Source: a virus (Duplodnaviria; Caudoviricetes). Taken from it: a stretch of DNA of 44,874 nucleotides. The stretch spans positions 1 to 44,874 of IMG/VR virus record IMGVR_UViG_3300020043_002687, one strand, 5' to 3'. Below the pieces are notes generated by a model that was given only the letters and a program-made list of their open reading frames with translations, did not search any database and was not told the origin of the DNA. How positions within the stretch are numbered: position 1 is the stretch's first letter; the number at the start of each line of letters is the position of its first letter. Of this stretch, positions 1 through 7,552 are shown piece after piece. The position numbers and the translations under genes were made by a program.

Positions 1-121
1 ACTAGCTTTATCAACGTGTACGCTACAGAGGTGTACCAACAGTTTATCACAGCTAACCCACCTGTTCCGGGTGCTATCCCTGAGAAGACTGACCTTGATA
101 ACCAAATCCATCAGGTATCGA
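1..121. repeat. Terminal overlap identical to 44754..44874 (circular assembly overlap)
   Basis: actagctttatcaacg...catcaggtatcga occurs at both ends and an ORF reads through the join. Confidence 0.95.
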
Positions 122-189
122 CCAATGGAACTAGGGTTTACTCTAATCAACAACTCATTTTGGTAAAAAACAATGCCCTACACGTCTAA
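1..189 (+). CDS. 3' part of the 248-aa protein that starts at 44196 and crosses the join
   Basis: Frame 1 is open (TSFINVYATEVYQQ...PEKTDLD...NALHV*) to TAA at 187-189 and is in frame with ATG 44196. Confidence 0.85.
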   Translation, partial: TSFINVYATEVYQQFITANPPVPGAIPEKTDLDNQIHQVSTNGTRVYSNQQLILVKNNALHV

Positions 190-1003
190 TGATGCTTTGC
201 CAAAGGCTGTTCGGAGTAAACTCTCTACTCATCAACAGTCAGTCTTTCGGAATGTCTACAACTCCATGATGGCTCAAGAAGGTATGTCTGAAAGTCGTGC
301 TTTTGCTGGTGCATGGTCCCAAGCTAAACAAGCTGTTGAGAAAGCCTTGCACCAAGGTAAAGAAGTCACTCTGGATAAGCCTTTCCGTCTACCTGAAGGT
401 TCCGGTAAGAAGTTTGGTGTGTACGTTAAGAGTGGTGATGGTGTCAAGAAAGTCACTTTTGGTGATCCAAACATGGAGATACGCCGTGATGATCCTGATG
501 CTCGTAGTAACTTCCGCGCTCGTCACTCTTGTGATACAGCTACAGATAAAACTACACCTCGTTACTGGTCTTGCCGCGCATGGGAATCTGATACCACAGT
601 CACAGAGTTGACTAACAAAATCCAAGTTGAAGGTCAAATCCTGAAACAACTTGATGAAGAGCGTTTAGCTTTTGGTTGGGCCTATGTCTCTACTGTCAAG
701 GGTGAATTTAGCCTAGACCACAGTGGAGAGTTTATCCGCCCAGAACAGCTTGCTAAGGCAGCTACAAATTTTATGCTTTCCATGAGAACCGCCAAGTCAA
801 TGCACACTGGTGAAAGTATCGGGGAAGTTGTTCATTCCATGCCCTTGACAAATGATATTGCAAAGGCGTTGGGTATCCAATCGGACCGCGAAGGTTGGGT
901 AGTGGCTGTAAAGGTTTATAATGACCAAGTATGGCAAGATGTTAAAAGCGGTAAACTGGCTGCGTTCTCTATCGGTGGACGGGCCTTGAAGGAGATGGTG
1001 TAA
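173..1003 (+). CDS. ChaB-like domain, small FRARH/YWSC domain and XkdF-like prohead protease, fused
   Basis: MPY..NDALP..VR..L....Q.VFR..YNS (ChaB-like); FGDP...FRARHSC...RYWSC; EERLAFGWA...DHSGE...MH...W..VKSGKLAAFSIGG (XkdF-like); lies upstream of scaffold and capsid. Confidence 0.75.
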   Translation: MPYTSNDALPKAVRSKLSTHQQSVFRNVYNSMMAQEGMSESRAFAGAWSQAKQAVEKALHQGKEVTLDKPFRLPEGSGKKFGVYVKSGDGVKKVTFGDPNMEIRRDDPDARSNFRARHSCDTATDKTTPRYWSCRAWESDTTVTELTNKIQVEGQILKQLDEERLAFGWAYVSTVKGEFSLDHSGEFIRPEQLAKAATNFMLSMRTAKSMHTGESIGEVVHSMPLTNDIAKALGIQSDREGWVVAVKVYNDQVWQDVKSGKLAAFSIGGRALKEMV

Positions 1004-1800
1004 TGCCCACGGAACTCGTAAACTTGGAACTTGAAGAAGTTTCCTTGGTCGATATGGGCGATGACCCACTGGCTAAGGTAGCCCTCTATAAGCGCAGCCC
1101 AGAAGGGGAACACATGGAAAACGAAACCAAAGAAGGTCTTGATACCACCGAAAAGGGTATGAAGGAAGACAAGAAGCTCGAAATCGAAATCGGTAGTGAA
1201 GACGATGACGAAGAAGAAATGATGGACGAAGAAGGTAAAAAACCAACTCGTAAGTCGTGGAAAGCTGAAGCTCAGTCCCTTGAAGAAGTCAATAAAATGC
1301 TTCTGGAAGAGATTGAAACCTACAAAAACCAAGTTGCTCAACTTGAGGCTAAAGTTGTTGAAAAGGCTAAGCCCCAAGAAGAAATGCTTGAGTTTGGTGG
1401 TGAGATGATTGCCAAATCGGCTATCCCTGCCCCCATCCTTAAAAAACTAGAAGAGATGCAAAATGTCGTAGAGACTGAAGCACTCCGTAAGCGCGCCGAA
1501 GAGGTACTGCCCAACTTTAAGGGCACTGCTGATGAGCGTGGTAAACTGTTGAAGTCTGTAGGTGAAGACGAAAGTCTGCTTGCACTTCTGATGGCTGCTG
1601 ATGCTGCTTTTGCAGGTATCTTCCAAGAAGTTGGTAAGACTGATGCCGTCAATGACTTGAAGACCCCCACTGAAAAGTTGAACGACTTGGTTAAGGGCCA
1701 TCAAGCTGATAAAGGGGAAAAAGACTTCCACAAGGCATATGCCGCCGTTATCAAAACCGCTCAGGGCCGTGCCCTTGTGCTTGAAACCTACAAGAAATAA
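1003..1800 (+). CDS. Capsid scaffolding protein
   Basis: LELEEVSLVD N-terminus, acidic coiled coil, lies between protease and capsid genes. Confidence 0.65.
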   Translation: MPTELVNLELEEVSLVDMGDDPLAKVALYKRSPEGEHMENETKEGLDTTEKGMKEDKKLEIEIGSEDDDEEEMMDEEGKKPTRKSWKAEAQSLEEVNKMLLEEIETYKNQVAQLEAKVVEKAKPQEEMLEFGGEMIAKSAIPAPILKKLEEMQNVVETEALRKRAEEVLPNFKGTADERGKLLKSVGEDESLLALLMAADAAFAGIFQEVGKTDAVNDLKTPTEKLNDLVKGHQADKGEKDFHKAYAAVIKTAQGRALVLETYKK

Positions 1801-1815
1801 TAAGGAGCCTCTATT

Positions 1816-2187
1816 ATGGCATTTACGGAAAAATTGTCTAACCGCACCTACGTTGCAGGGTCGGCTTTCTCGCAGTTCACCTTTGTCACTCTCGCTGCTG
1901 ATGGTCAAGTTGACAACAGCGCTGCTAGCGTCCGCACTGATGGTGTAGCCTTGCAAGCAGCTACTGCCGCTGGTCAAGCTATCACTGTAGCCTATGACGG
2001 TCGTGTGACTGTGCTGGTTGGTGCTGCTGGTGGTATCGCTCGTGGTGATGCTGTTGCAGTTGATGCTGCTGGTAAAGCAAAGCTTGCTGCTTCGACTAAC
2101 ATCATTGTTGGTTATGCTCTGGAAGCTGGTGCTGCTGGTCAGATTATCACTGTTGAACTGTCGCGCGCTGAAGCTGCTAAAGCCTAA
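1816..2187 (+). CDS. Capsid decoration/cement protein
   Basis: Small Ala/Gly-rich protein (I.RGDAV..DAAGKA...VGYALEAGAAGQII) directly before the capsid gene; AAGGAG RBS. Confidence 0.7.
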   Translation: MAFTEKLSNRTYVAGSAFSQFTFVTLAADGQVDNSAASVRTDGVALQAATAAGQAITVAYDGRVTVLVGAAGGIARGDAVAVDAAGKAKLAASTNIIVGYALEAGAAGQIITVELSRAEAAKA

Positions 2188-2227
2188 TTAGCCGCTACTC
2201 TAGTTAAATAAATAAGGAATATTCCAC

Positions 2228-3235
2228 ATGGCTATGTTGACCCCTAGCGCCGTTCATATCGACGCACCGCTTACCAACCTGACGATTGCTTTCCTGCAAG
2301 ACGCTAACGGCTTTATTGCTGACCGCGTGTTCCCGAAAGTCTCGGTTGCTAAGAAAACCGACAAGTACTACATCTACAACCGTGCAGACTTCAACCGTAC
2401 TGGTCAAGTCCAAGTTCGTGCGCCTCGCACTCAGGCTCCCCGCGTTGGTATGACCCTCTCGACCGATACCTACTCGGCTGACGTGTTCTCGCTGGCTACT
2501 GATTTTGACTTTGAGACCTTGGCTAACGAAGATGCAGCTTTGGACATCCGTTCGGCTAGCGCTCAGATGCTGACCAACCTGCTGCTGGTTGACCGTGAAA
2601 TCAAGTGGGCTTCGACCTACTTTGCTGCTTCGGTCTGGGGTACGGACTGGGCTGGTGTGGCGGGCACTCCTTCGACCAACCAAGTGCGTCAGTGGTCGGA
2701 CTACACGAACTCGACCCCGATTGTTGACGTTACCACCATCATGCGCACTGTGCAACTCAAGTCGGGTGGCTTCAAGCCCAACGTGATGGTTGTCGGTAAA
2801 GAAGTCCGTGACGTTCTGGTCAACCACCCGACGATCCTTGCCCGCCTGAATGGTGGTGCTACCGTGACCAATACCGCTCTGGTGACAGATGCCAAACTGG
2901 CTGAAATCTTCGGTGTGGAAGAATTCTTGGTTATGGAAGCCGTGAAGGACACCGCGGCTGAGGGTCTGGCTGAAGCAAACGCCTTCATTGGTGGTAAGTC
3001 TGTAGCCTTCTACTACCGTCCCCGTTCGTCGGGCCTGATGATCCCTTCGGCTGGTTATACCTTCACTTGGGATGATCTGCAAAACGCTTCGGGCCATGGT
3101 ATCACGATCAAATCGTATCGTGGTGATTATCTGGCGATTGATGGTGTTGCTGAAGTGCTGGAAGCCAACTTGGCATATGACCACAAGGTTGTGTCGTCTG
3201 ATCTTGGTGCCTTCATTGCTACCGTTGTAGCCTAA
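2228..3235 (+). CDS. Major capsid protein
   Basis: 335 aa; HIDAPLTNLTIAF...FIADRVFPKV..., W.DY.NS.PI.D; strong codon bias; position in head module. Confidence 0.9.
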   Translation: MAMLTPSAVHIDAPLTNLTIAFLQDANGFIADRVFPKVSVAKKTDKYYIYNRADFNRTGQVQVRAPRTQAPRVGMTLSTDTYSADVFSLATDFDFETLANEDAALDIRSASAQMLTNLLLVDREIKWASTYFAASVWGTDWAGVAGTPSTNQVRQWSDYTNSTPIVDVTTIMRTVQLKSGGFKPNVMVVGKEVRDVLVNHPTILARLNGGATVTNTALVTDAKLAEIFGVEEFLVMEAVKDTAAEGLAEANAFIGGKSVAFYYRPRSSGLMIPSAGYTFTWDDLQNASGHGITIKSYRGDYLAIDGVAEVLEANLAYDHKVVSSDLGAFIATVVA

Positions 3236-3244
3236 CTTGAATAA

Positions 3245-3285
3245 GGAGTGGGTGAATCCCGACTTTGCTCACTCCTACCTTAACT
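3245..3285 (+). promoter_or_regulatory. Hairpin after the capsid gene (loop TCCCGAC)
   Basis: GGAGTGGGTGAA pairs with TTTGCTCACTCC (includes G-U pairs); no long U-tract. Confidence 0.5.
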
Positions 3286-3298
3286 AAGAGAGATTGAT

Positions 3299-3598
3299 AT
3301 GTCTGAGATTGAAATTGAGAATGAAATCCAAGCTAAGGGCCTTAACGCCCCACGTTTGAAACCTGAGAACCTTGACCAAGCTATTGTCTCCGAGCAATAT
3401 TATGTGTTCCCTAAAACAACATTGACAATTTGTGCATTGACGCTAAAGAATGGTTTTATCGTCACAGGTGAAAGTGCTTCTGTAAGTTCTGAGAATTTTG
3501 ACAAGGAAATTGGGCGTAAGATTGCTCGTGAAAACGCGCGCAACAAGATTTGGTCCCTAGAAGGTTACGTCCTTCGCAATAAGTTGGCGGGGCTTTAA
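3299..3598 (+). CDS. N4 Gp49/Sf6 gp66-family protein (possible Acb4-like nucleotide sponge)
   Basis: APR.....I....Y......LTIC.L.LKNGF.VTGESA.VS.ENFD.EIG.KIA..NA..KIW.LEGY family signature. Confidence 0.8.
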   Translation: MSEIEIENEIQAKGLNAPRLKPENLDQAIVSEQYYVFPKTTLTICALTLKNGFIVTGESASVSSENFDKEIGRKIARENARNKIWSLEGYVLRNKLAGL

Positions 3599-3600
3599 TA

Positions 3601-4014
3601 ATGGCACTAAACCAACCGTTTCTTCCCTTCTTCAATCCTGCCCGCCCTGTGTTTGTCAAACAAGATGGCATTCAGATGGCGGGTAAGATTTGGAAGAAGG
3701 GCGAAAGATTTAACTGGGAGTTCTTTGGAACCCCCTATGATGTAATCCAACAGTTGTTCTTTAATGATATGCTTCATCACAATGAAGAACTTGAAGAAGT
3801 TGCAACTACAAAGATTTCCATTGGTGATGGTCTTGAGGAATACTCTATTGACCAACTACACCTTCTCGTAGATAACCTCAATGGGAAAGTAAAAGCCAAG
3901 ACAAAGAACAGTGCAGACTTTATGCAAAAGAAGTGTTCTGTTAGCAAGATCAAAGATAAACAGATTGGTCTTATTCGTCGGTGGCGTATGTCTTACGGCG
4001 AACTTGAAAATTAA
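3601..4014 (+). CDS. Hypothetical protein in the head module
   Basis: 137-aa ORF closely packed in the operon. Confidence 0.7.
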   Translation: MALNQPFLPFFNPARPVFVKQDGIQMAGKIWKKGERFNWEFFGTPYDVIQQLFFNDMLHHNEELEEVATTKISIGDGLEEYSIDQLHLLVDNLNGKVKAKTKNSADFMQKKCSVSKIKDKQIGLIRRWRMSYGELEN

Positions 4015-4030
4015 CTAATGAGGCGAACAT

Positions 4031-4504
4031 ATGTCTTGGTCGTACAGCCCATCTGATCTAAATACTACTACGGCTTCTGGGAGACTGAACACTGTTCGCC
4101 TTCTTATTGGTGACACAGATAGCACTGATGAATTGTCCCAAAATGAAGAAATAACCTTTGCCTTGTCTCAGACAGGGGATAACGTCTACTACGCTGCTGT
4201 GTGGATTTGTAGGACCATTGCTGCTAAGTTCAGTCGTATGGTCACTACGGCCCTTGATGGTGCTTTGAGGGCTAACTACAGCGATAAGTCAAAACAGTAC
4301 AACCAACTTGCTGTACAGATTGAAGCACAAGGTAAGAAGACTTCTGGTAAGGCACTAGGTATCTCTGCTGGTGGTATCTTTGTAGCTGCGATGGGTGTAG
4401 CCAACTCTGATCCTGATCGTGTGAAGCCTGCTTTCAGTGTCAATCAGTTTGACAATACAGAGGCAGGTGGGCAATACCTTCCTGAAGAACCAGATGGCGT
4501 TTGA
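4031..4504 (+). CDS. Head-tail adaptor
   Basis: SWSY...VRLLIGDTD..D...EEI.F.L motif; position. Confidence 0.75.
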   Translation: MSWSYSPSDLNTTTASGRLNTVRLLIGDTDSTDELSQNEEITFALSQTGDNVYYAAVWICRTIAAKFSRMVTTALDGALRANYSDKSKQYNQLAVQIEAQGKKTSGKALGISAGGIFVAAMGVANSDPDRVKPAFSVNQFDNTEAGGQYLPEEPDGV

Positions 4505-4856
4505 TCCGTATACTCTAAGACAACTCATCAAAGAGCATGGGATGGCCCTCACGCTTCGAAAGAGGGCCGCTGGTGCGTATAACGATGCTACGGGTACTGT
4601 GACTACCACAAACACAGACTACTCTGTACGAGGCTATTTCTATGACTACACGCCAGATATGGTTGATGGCAACTCTATCCTCCGTGGTGATCGCAGGGTT
4701 GTCCTAGATAGCAAACTGATCAGTGGTACAGCTACACCAGAACCTGATGCTACAGACCAGATCATTGGCCTTGGCGACACAGTGAACATTGTTAGGGTTA
4801 TGGAGATTAAGTCTGGTAGCGCTACGATGTGCTATCAGTTGCAAGTGAGGGAATGA
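4494..4856 (+). CDS. Head-closure protein
   Basis: LIKEHG..LTLRK..AGAYN.ATG...DG.SI.RGDR; ATG 4494 is the more likely start than 4437. Confidence 0.7.
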   Translation: MAFDPYTLRQLIKEHGMALTLRKRAAGAYNDATGTVTTTNTDYSVRGYFYDYTPDMVDGNSILRGDRRVVLDSKLISGTATPEPDATDQIIGLGDTVNIVRVMEIKSGSATMCYQLQVRE

Positions 4857-4857
4857 T

Positions 4858-5295
4858 ATGGTTCAACGCTCCTTTACGAGTATGCTTAAGAAGCTAGAGG
4901 AAGACATGAACGAAGTTAAACATGAGTTCCTTCGTAATGTTGCTGTAGACCTTGTCAACTCCTCCCCTGTAGACACCGGAACCTATGTAAGGAACCATTC
5001 CATTACTGTATCCTCTGGCTCTGGTGGTAGACAGAACTCACACGGTAAGCCACCTGATGCTGGTACAGCTAAGGGTGATGCACTAGACAAATTGTTTACT
5101 CAAATCGACAGTCTACCTGAAGATACAGCATTGGCTTATATTGCCAACAGAAGCCCTTACGCTAATAAAGTTGAGTACCTTGGTTGGGTTGGGGAAAGTA
5201 GCCAAACATCCCCTTATTTTGTCTTTACAGCTGTAAAAAATAGAGCAAAAATACACCTACAAGATGCTATTAACACTGTGAGGGCCAGACAATGA
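4858..5295 (+). CDS. HK97 gp10-like neck/tail completion protein
   Basis: SPVDTG.Y...H and N.SPYA.KVEY.G motifs. Confidence 0.7.
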   Translation: MVQRSFTSMLKKLEEDMNEVKHEFLRNVAVDLVNSSPVDTGTYVRNHSITVSSGSGGRQNSHGKPPDAGTAKGDALDKLFTQIDSLPEDTALAYIANRSPYANKVEYLGWVGESSQTSPYFVFTAVKNRAKIHLQDAINTVRARQ

Positions 5296-5696
5296 CAATC
5301 ATTAACGATATTCGTGCCTGCCTTGATACACACCTATCTGGTACTGTAGGTATCCCTTCTATTGCACGTCAGAACGTACCTTTTGAACCTACAACTGGCA
5401 CTCCTTTTGTAAAGGCTGATCTAGTACCCACATCTCGCAGACCTGCTGTACGTGGCCTTAATCCACAACAAAGATATGACGGTCTCTATAGCCTCTTGAT
5501 CTGTACACCAGAAGGTTTGGGTCCGGGTGCTGGATATGACATTGCGGACTTGTTGCTAGACCGTTTTAATGCAACTACAGACATTTCCAATGCTGGTTTG
5601 ATTATTTCTGTAGACTACTCTGAGGTCAGGACGAGTTTCCTTGACTCCCCCTTCTACTGCACTCCAGTCACTGTTGGCTGGTACGTTTACAAATGA
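5292..5696 (+). CDS. Tail terminator protein
   Basis: IA.QNV.FEP..G.P...; G.G....AD.L..RF; lies just before the tail tube. Confidence 0.7.
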   Translation: MTIINDIRACLDTHLSGTVGIPSIARQNVPFEPTTGTPFVKADLVPTSRRPAVRGLNPQQRYDGLYSLLICTPEGLGPGAGYDIADLLLDRFNATTDISNAGLIISVDYSEVRTSFLDSPFYCTPVTVGWYVYK

Positions 5697-5711
5697 TAAA
5701 GGAAACTAACT

Positions 5712-6635
5712 ATGGCTTTTTCCCAAGGTAGCCGCGCTGGCCTCTCTTATGTCCCGGAAGTAACGTTTGGCACTACCCCTGTCACTCCCTCGTTGATCCA
5801 ACTCCCGTACACCACTCAATCTCTGGGCCTTACCAAAGAACGTGTTAGCGGCAATGATCTTCAACCTGATCGTATGCTTCGTGTAGACCGTCATGGCAAC
5901 CGTTCTGTAGCTGGTGATATTGTCACTGACCTTCGCAAGGGTGACTATGACGCATTCCTTGAGAGTGCTTTCTTCAATACCTTCTCGACTAACGTCCTGA
6001 AGATTGGCACCACCCCAAAATTCTTCTCTATCGAAGATGCAGCTACAGATATTGCTCAGTTCCGTCTGTTCACTGGTATGTCTGTGTCTTCCTTGGCAGT
6101 CTCGATCAAACCAAACCAAATGGTCACTGGTACGTTCAGCATGGTTGGTAAGGATATGACCATCTCTGGTACGTCTGTTGATGCTGTTAAGACTGCACCT
6201 TCAGTAAACCAACCGTTTGACTCCTACTCTGGCGCTTTGAGCATTGGCACTGCTGGTGGTTCTTTGAGTTCTGTAGCTATCGTCACTGGCATTGATTTCA
6301 CAATCAACAACGCCTTGGCTCCTACCTTTGTAGTTGGCTCTGCAAGCACCCCACAGCTTGAATATGGTATGGCAACGGTTGAAGGGACTATCACGGCATA
6401 CTTCGAAGATGCAAGCCTGATCAACCGCTTTATTGATGAAACGGCTACGGGATTGCAAGTTATCGTAGATGACCCTACGGGCCTCTCGGATTATACTTGG
6501 CTGTTCCCTCGTGTCAAGATCAATGGTGCTGATGTTCCTGTTGATAGCCCTACCTCTCGTATCATCACTATGCCTTTTGTTGCACTTTATGACACGACTG
6601 AGGCTACGAATATCAAGCTGACTCGTTCAGTTTAA
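5712..6635 (+). CDS. Major tail tube protein
   Basis: Y.PEVTFGTTP..P...R.G...V.GDI...G..TVEGTITAYFED; 307 aa. Confidence 0.85.
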   Translation: MAFSQGSRAGLSYVPEVTFGTTPVTPSLIQLPYTTQSLGLTKERVSGNDLQPDRMLRVDRHGNRSVAGDIVTDLRKGDYDAFLESAFFNTFSTNVLKIGTTPKFFSIEDAATDIAQFRLFTGMSVSSLAVSIKPNQMVTGTFSMVGKDMTISGTSVDAVKTAPSVNQPFDSYSGALSIGTAGGSLSSVAIVTGIDFTINNALAPTFVVGSASTPQLEYGMATVEGTITAYFEDASLINRFIDETATGLQVIVDDPTGLSDYTWLFPRVKINGADVPVDSPTSRIITMPFVALYDTTEATNIKLTRSV

Positions 6636-6806
6636 CCTATCCCGAAAGGGTAAACTAATCCTCGCTTAGTTGTGAGGCTAGGGTGGTCGGTCTGTCGGGG
6701 GCTGACCACCTGAACTAAACCAACCCCGATGTAACTACAACTGATCATATATGAAGCATAAAGGCATCTTATGATCCAAATATGACAATTAAAAGGACCA
6801 CCCGAC

Positions 6807-7208
6807 ATGGCCGATCTTTTCAGCATGATCCCGACCGATGACACTATTACTGTTGAGCTTAAGCACCCAGTGACAGAAGATGCCCTCGTTAAAGACGATG
6901 GTAAACCTATGACCATCACTGTGTATGCACCTCATGCTAGTATCTACAAATCGCAGATGCACGAACAGACTAACAAGCGTATCCAGAAAGCAGCTAAGGG
7001 TAAGAAAGTTACTTTTACTGCTGAAGAACTGGAGAATGCTATGCTTGAACTTCTGGCGAAGACTACGAAAGACTGGTCTATCCAGCTCAATGGTAAGTCC
7101 CCGAAGTACTCTGTAGCTGAGGCAATGGACCTCTATGCGAAACTTCCTTGGCTTAAACAGCAAGTTCTTGAAGCCCAAGAGGATTACTCTGCTTTTTTGA
7201 AAGTCTAA
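6807..7208 (+). CDS. Tail assembly chaperone (gpG-like)
   Basis: Between tail tube and tape measure; LKHPVT...L...DG.P.TI; ends in a slippery site. Confidence 0.8.
   Translation: MADLFSMIPTDDTITVELKHPVTEDALVKDDGKPMTITVYAPHASIYKSQMHEQTNKRIQKAAKGKKVTFTAEELENAMLELLAKTTKDWSIQLNGKSPKYSVAEAMDLYAKLPWLKQQVLEAQEDYSAFLKV
7193..7199 (+). other. Programmed -1 frameshift site T TTT TTG
   Basis: The -1 frame reads FFESLILDLEEYAEWDFKLSIPDKNGV without a stop into the 7271..7552 ORF. Confidence 0.75.
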
Positions 7209-7270
7209 TCCTTGATCTTGAGGAGTATGCAGAGTGGGATTTCAAACTCTCTATTCCTGACAAGAATGGT

Positions 7271-7552
7271 GTGACTGAGAGAGAACATTTACAAGAAGTG
7301 GAAAAGCAGTCTGGACGAACGCCATTAGCTCTACAGGGACCAGAGTTTCCTGAGTTGTTGGAGTACGTCTGGACTGCTTTTTTATTGCTCAATAACACCA
7401 GAGGTCAAGGGTTCTCAGGCCCTATGCCAATTAGTTACCAAGAGATTGATGCTTGGCAACGTATGACACAAAATACACTATTGCCTTGGGAGATTGAGGC
7501 AGTTAAAAAACTAGATGCAGTTTACTTGAGGGTTGTGAATAAAAATGGCTGA
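7271..7552 (+). CDS. Tail assembly chaperone C-terminal part (gpT-like, expressed by frameshift)
   Basis: YVW.AF..L...RG.GFSGP.PISYQEI.AW....PWEI..I..LD motif. Confidence 0.8.
   Translation: MTEREHLQEVEKQSGRTPLALQGPEFPELLEYVWTAFLLLNNTRGQGFSGPMPISYQEIDAWQRMTQNTLLPWEIEAVKKLDAVYLRVVNKNG

Noticed and set aside
2204-3184. Long antisense ORF over the capsid gene, and similar shadow ORFs in the track
   Set aside because: Explained by codon bias of the sense gene; no RBS or recognisable motifs
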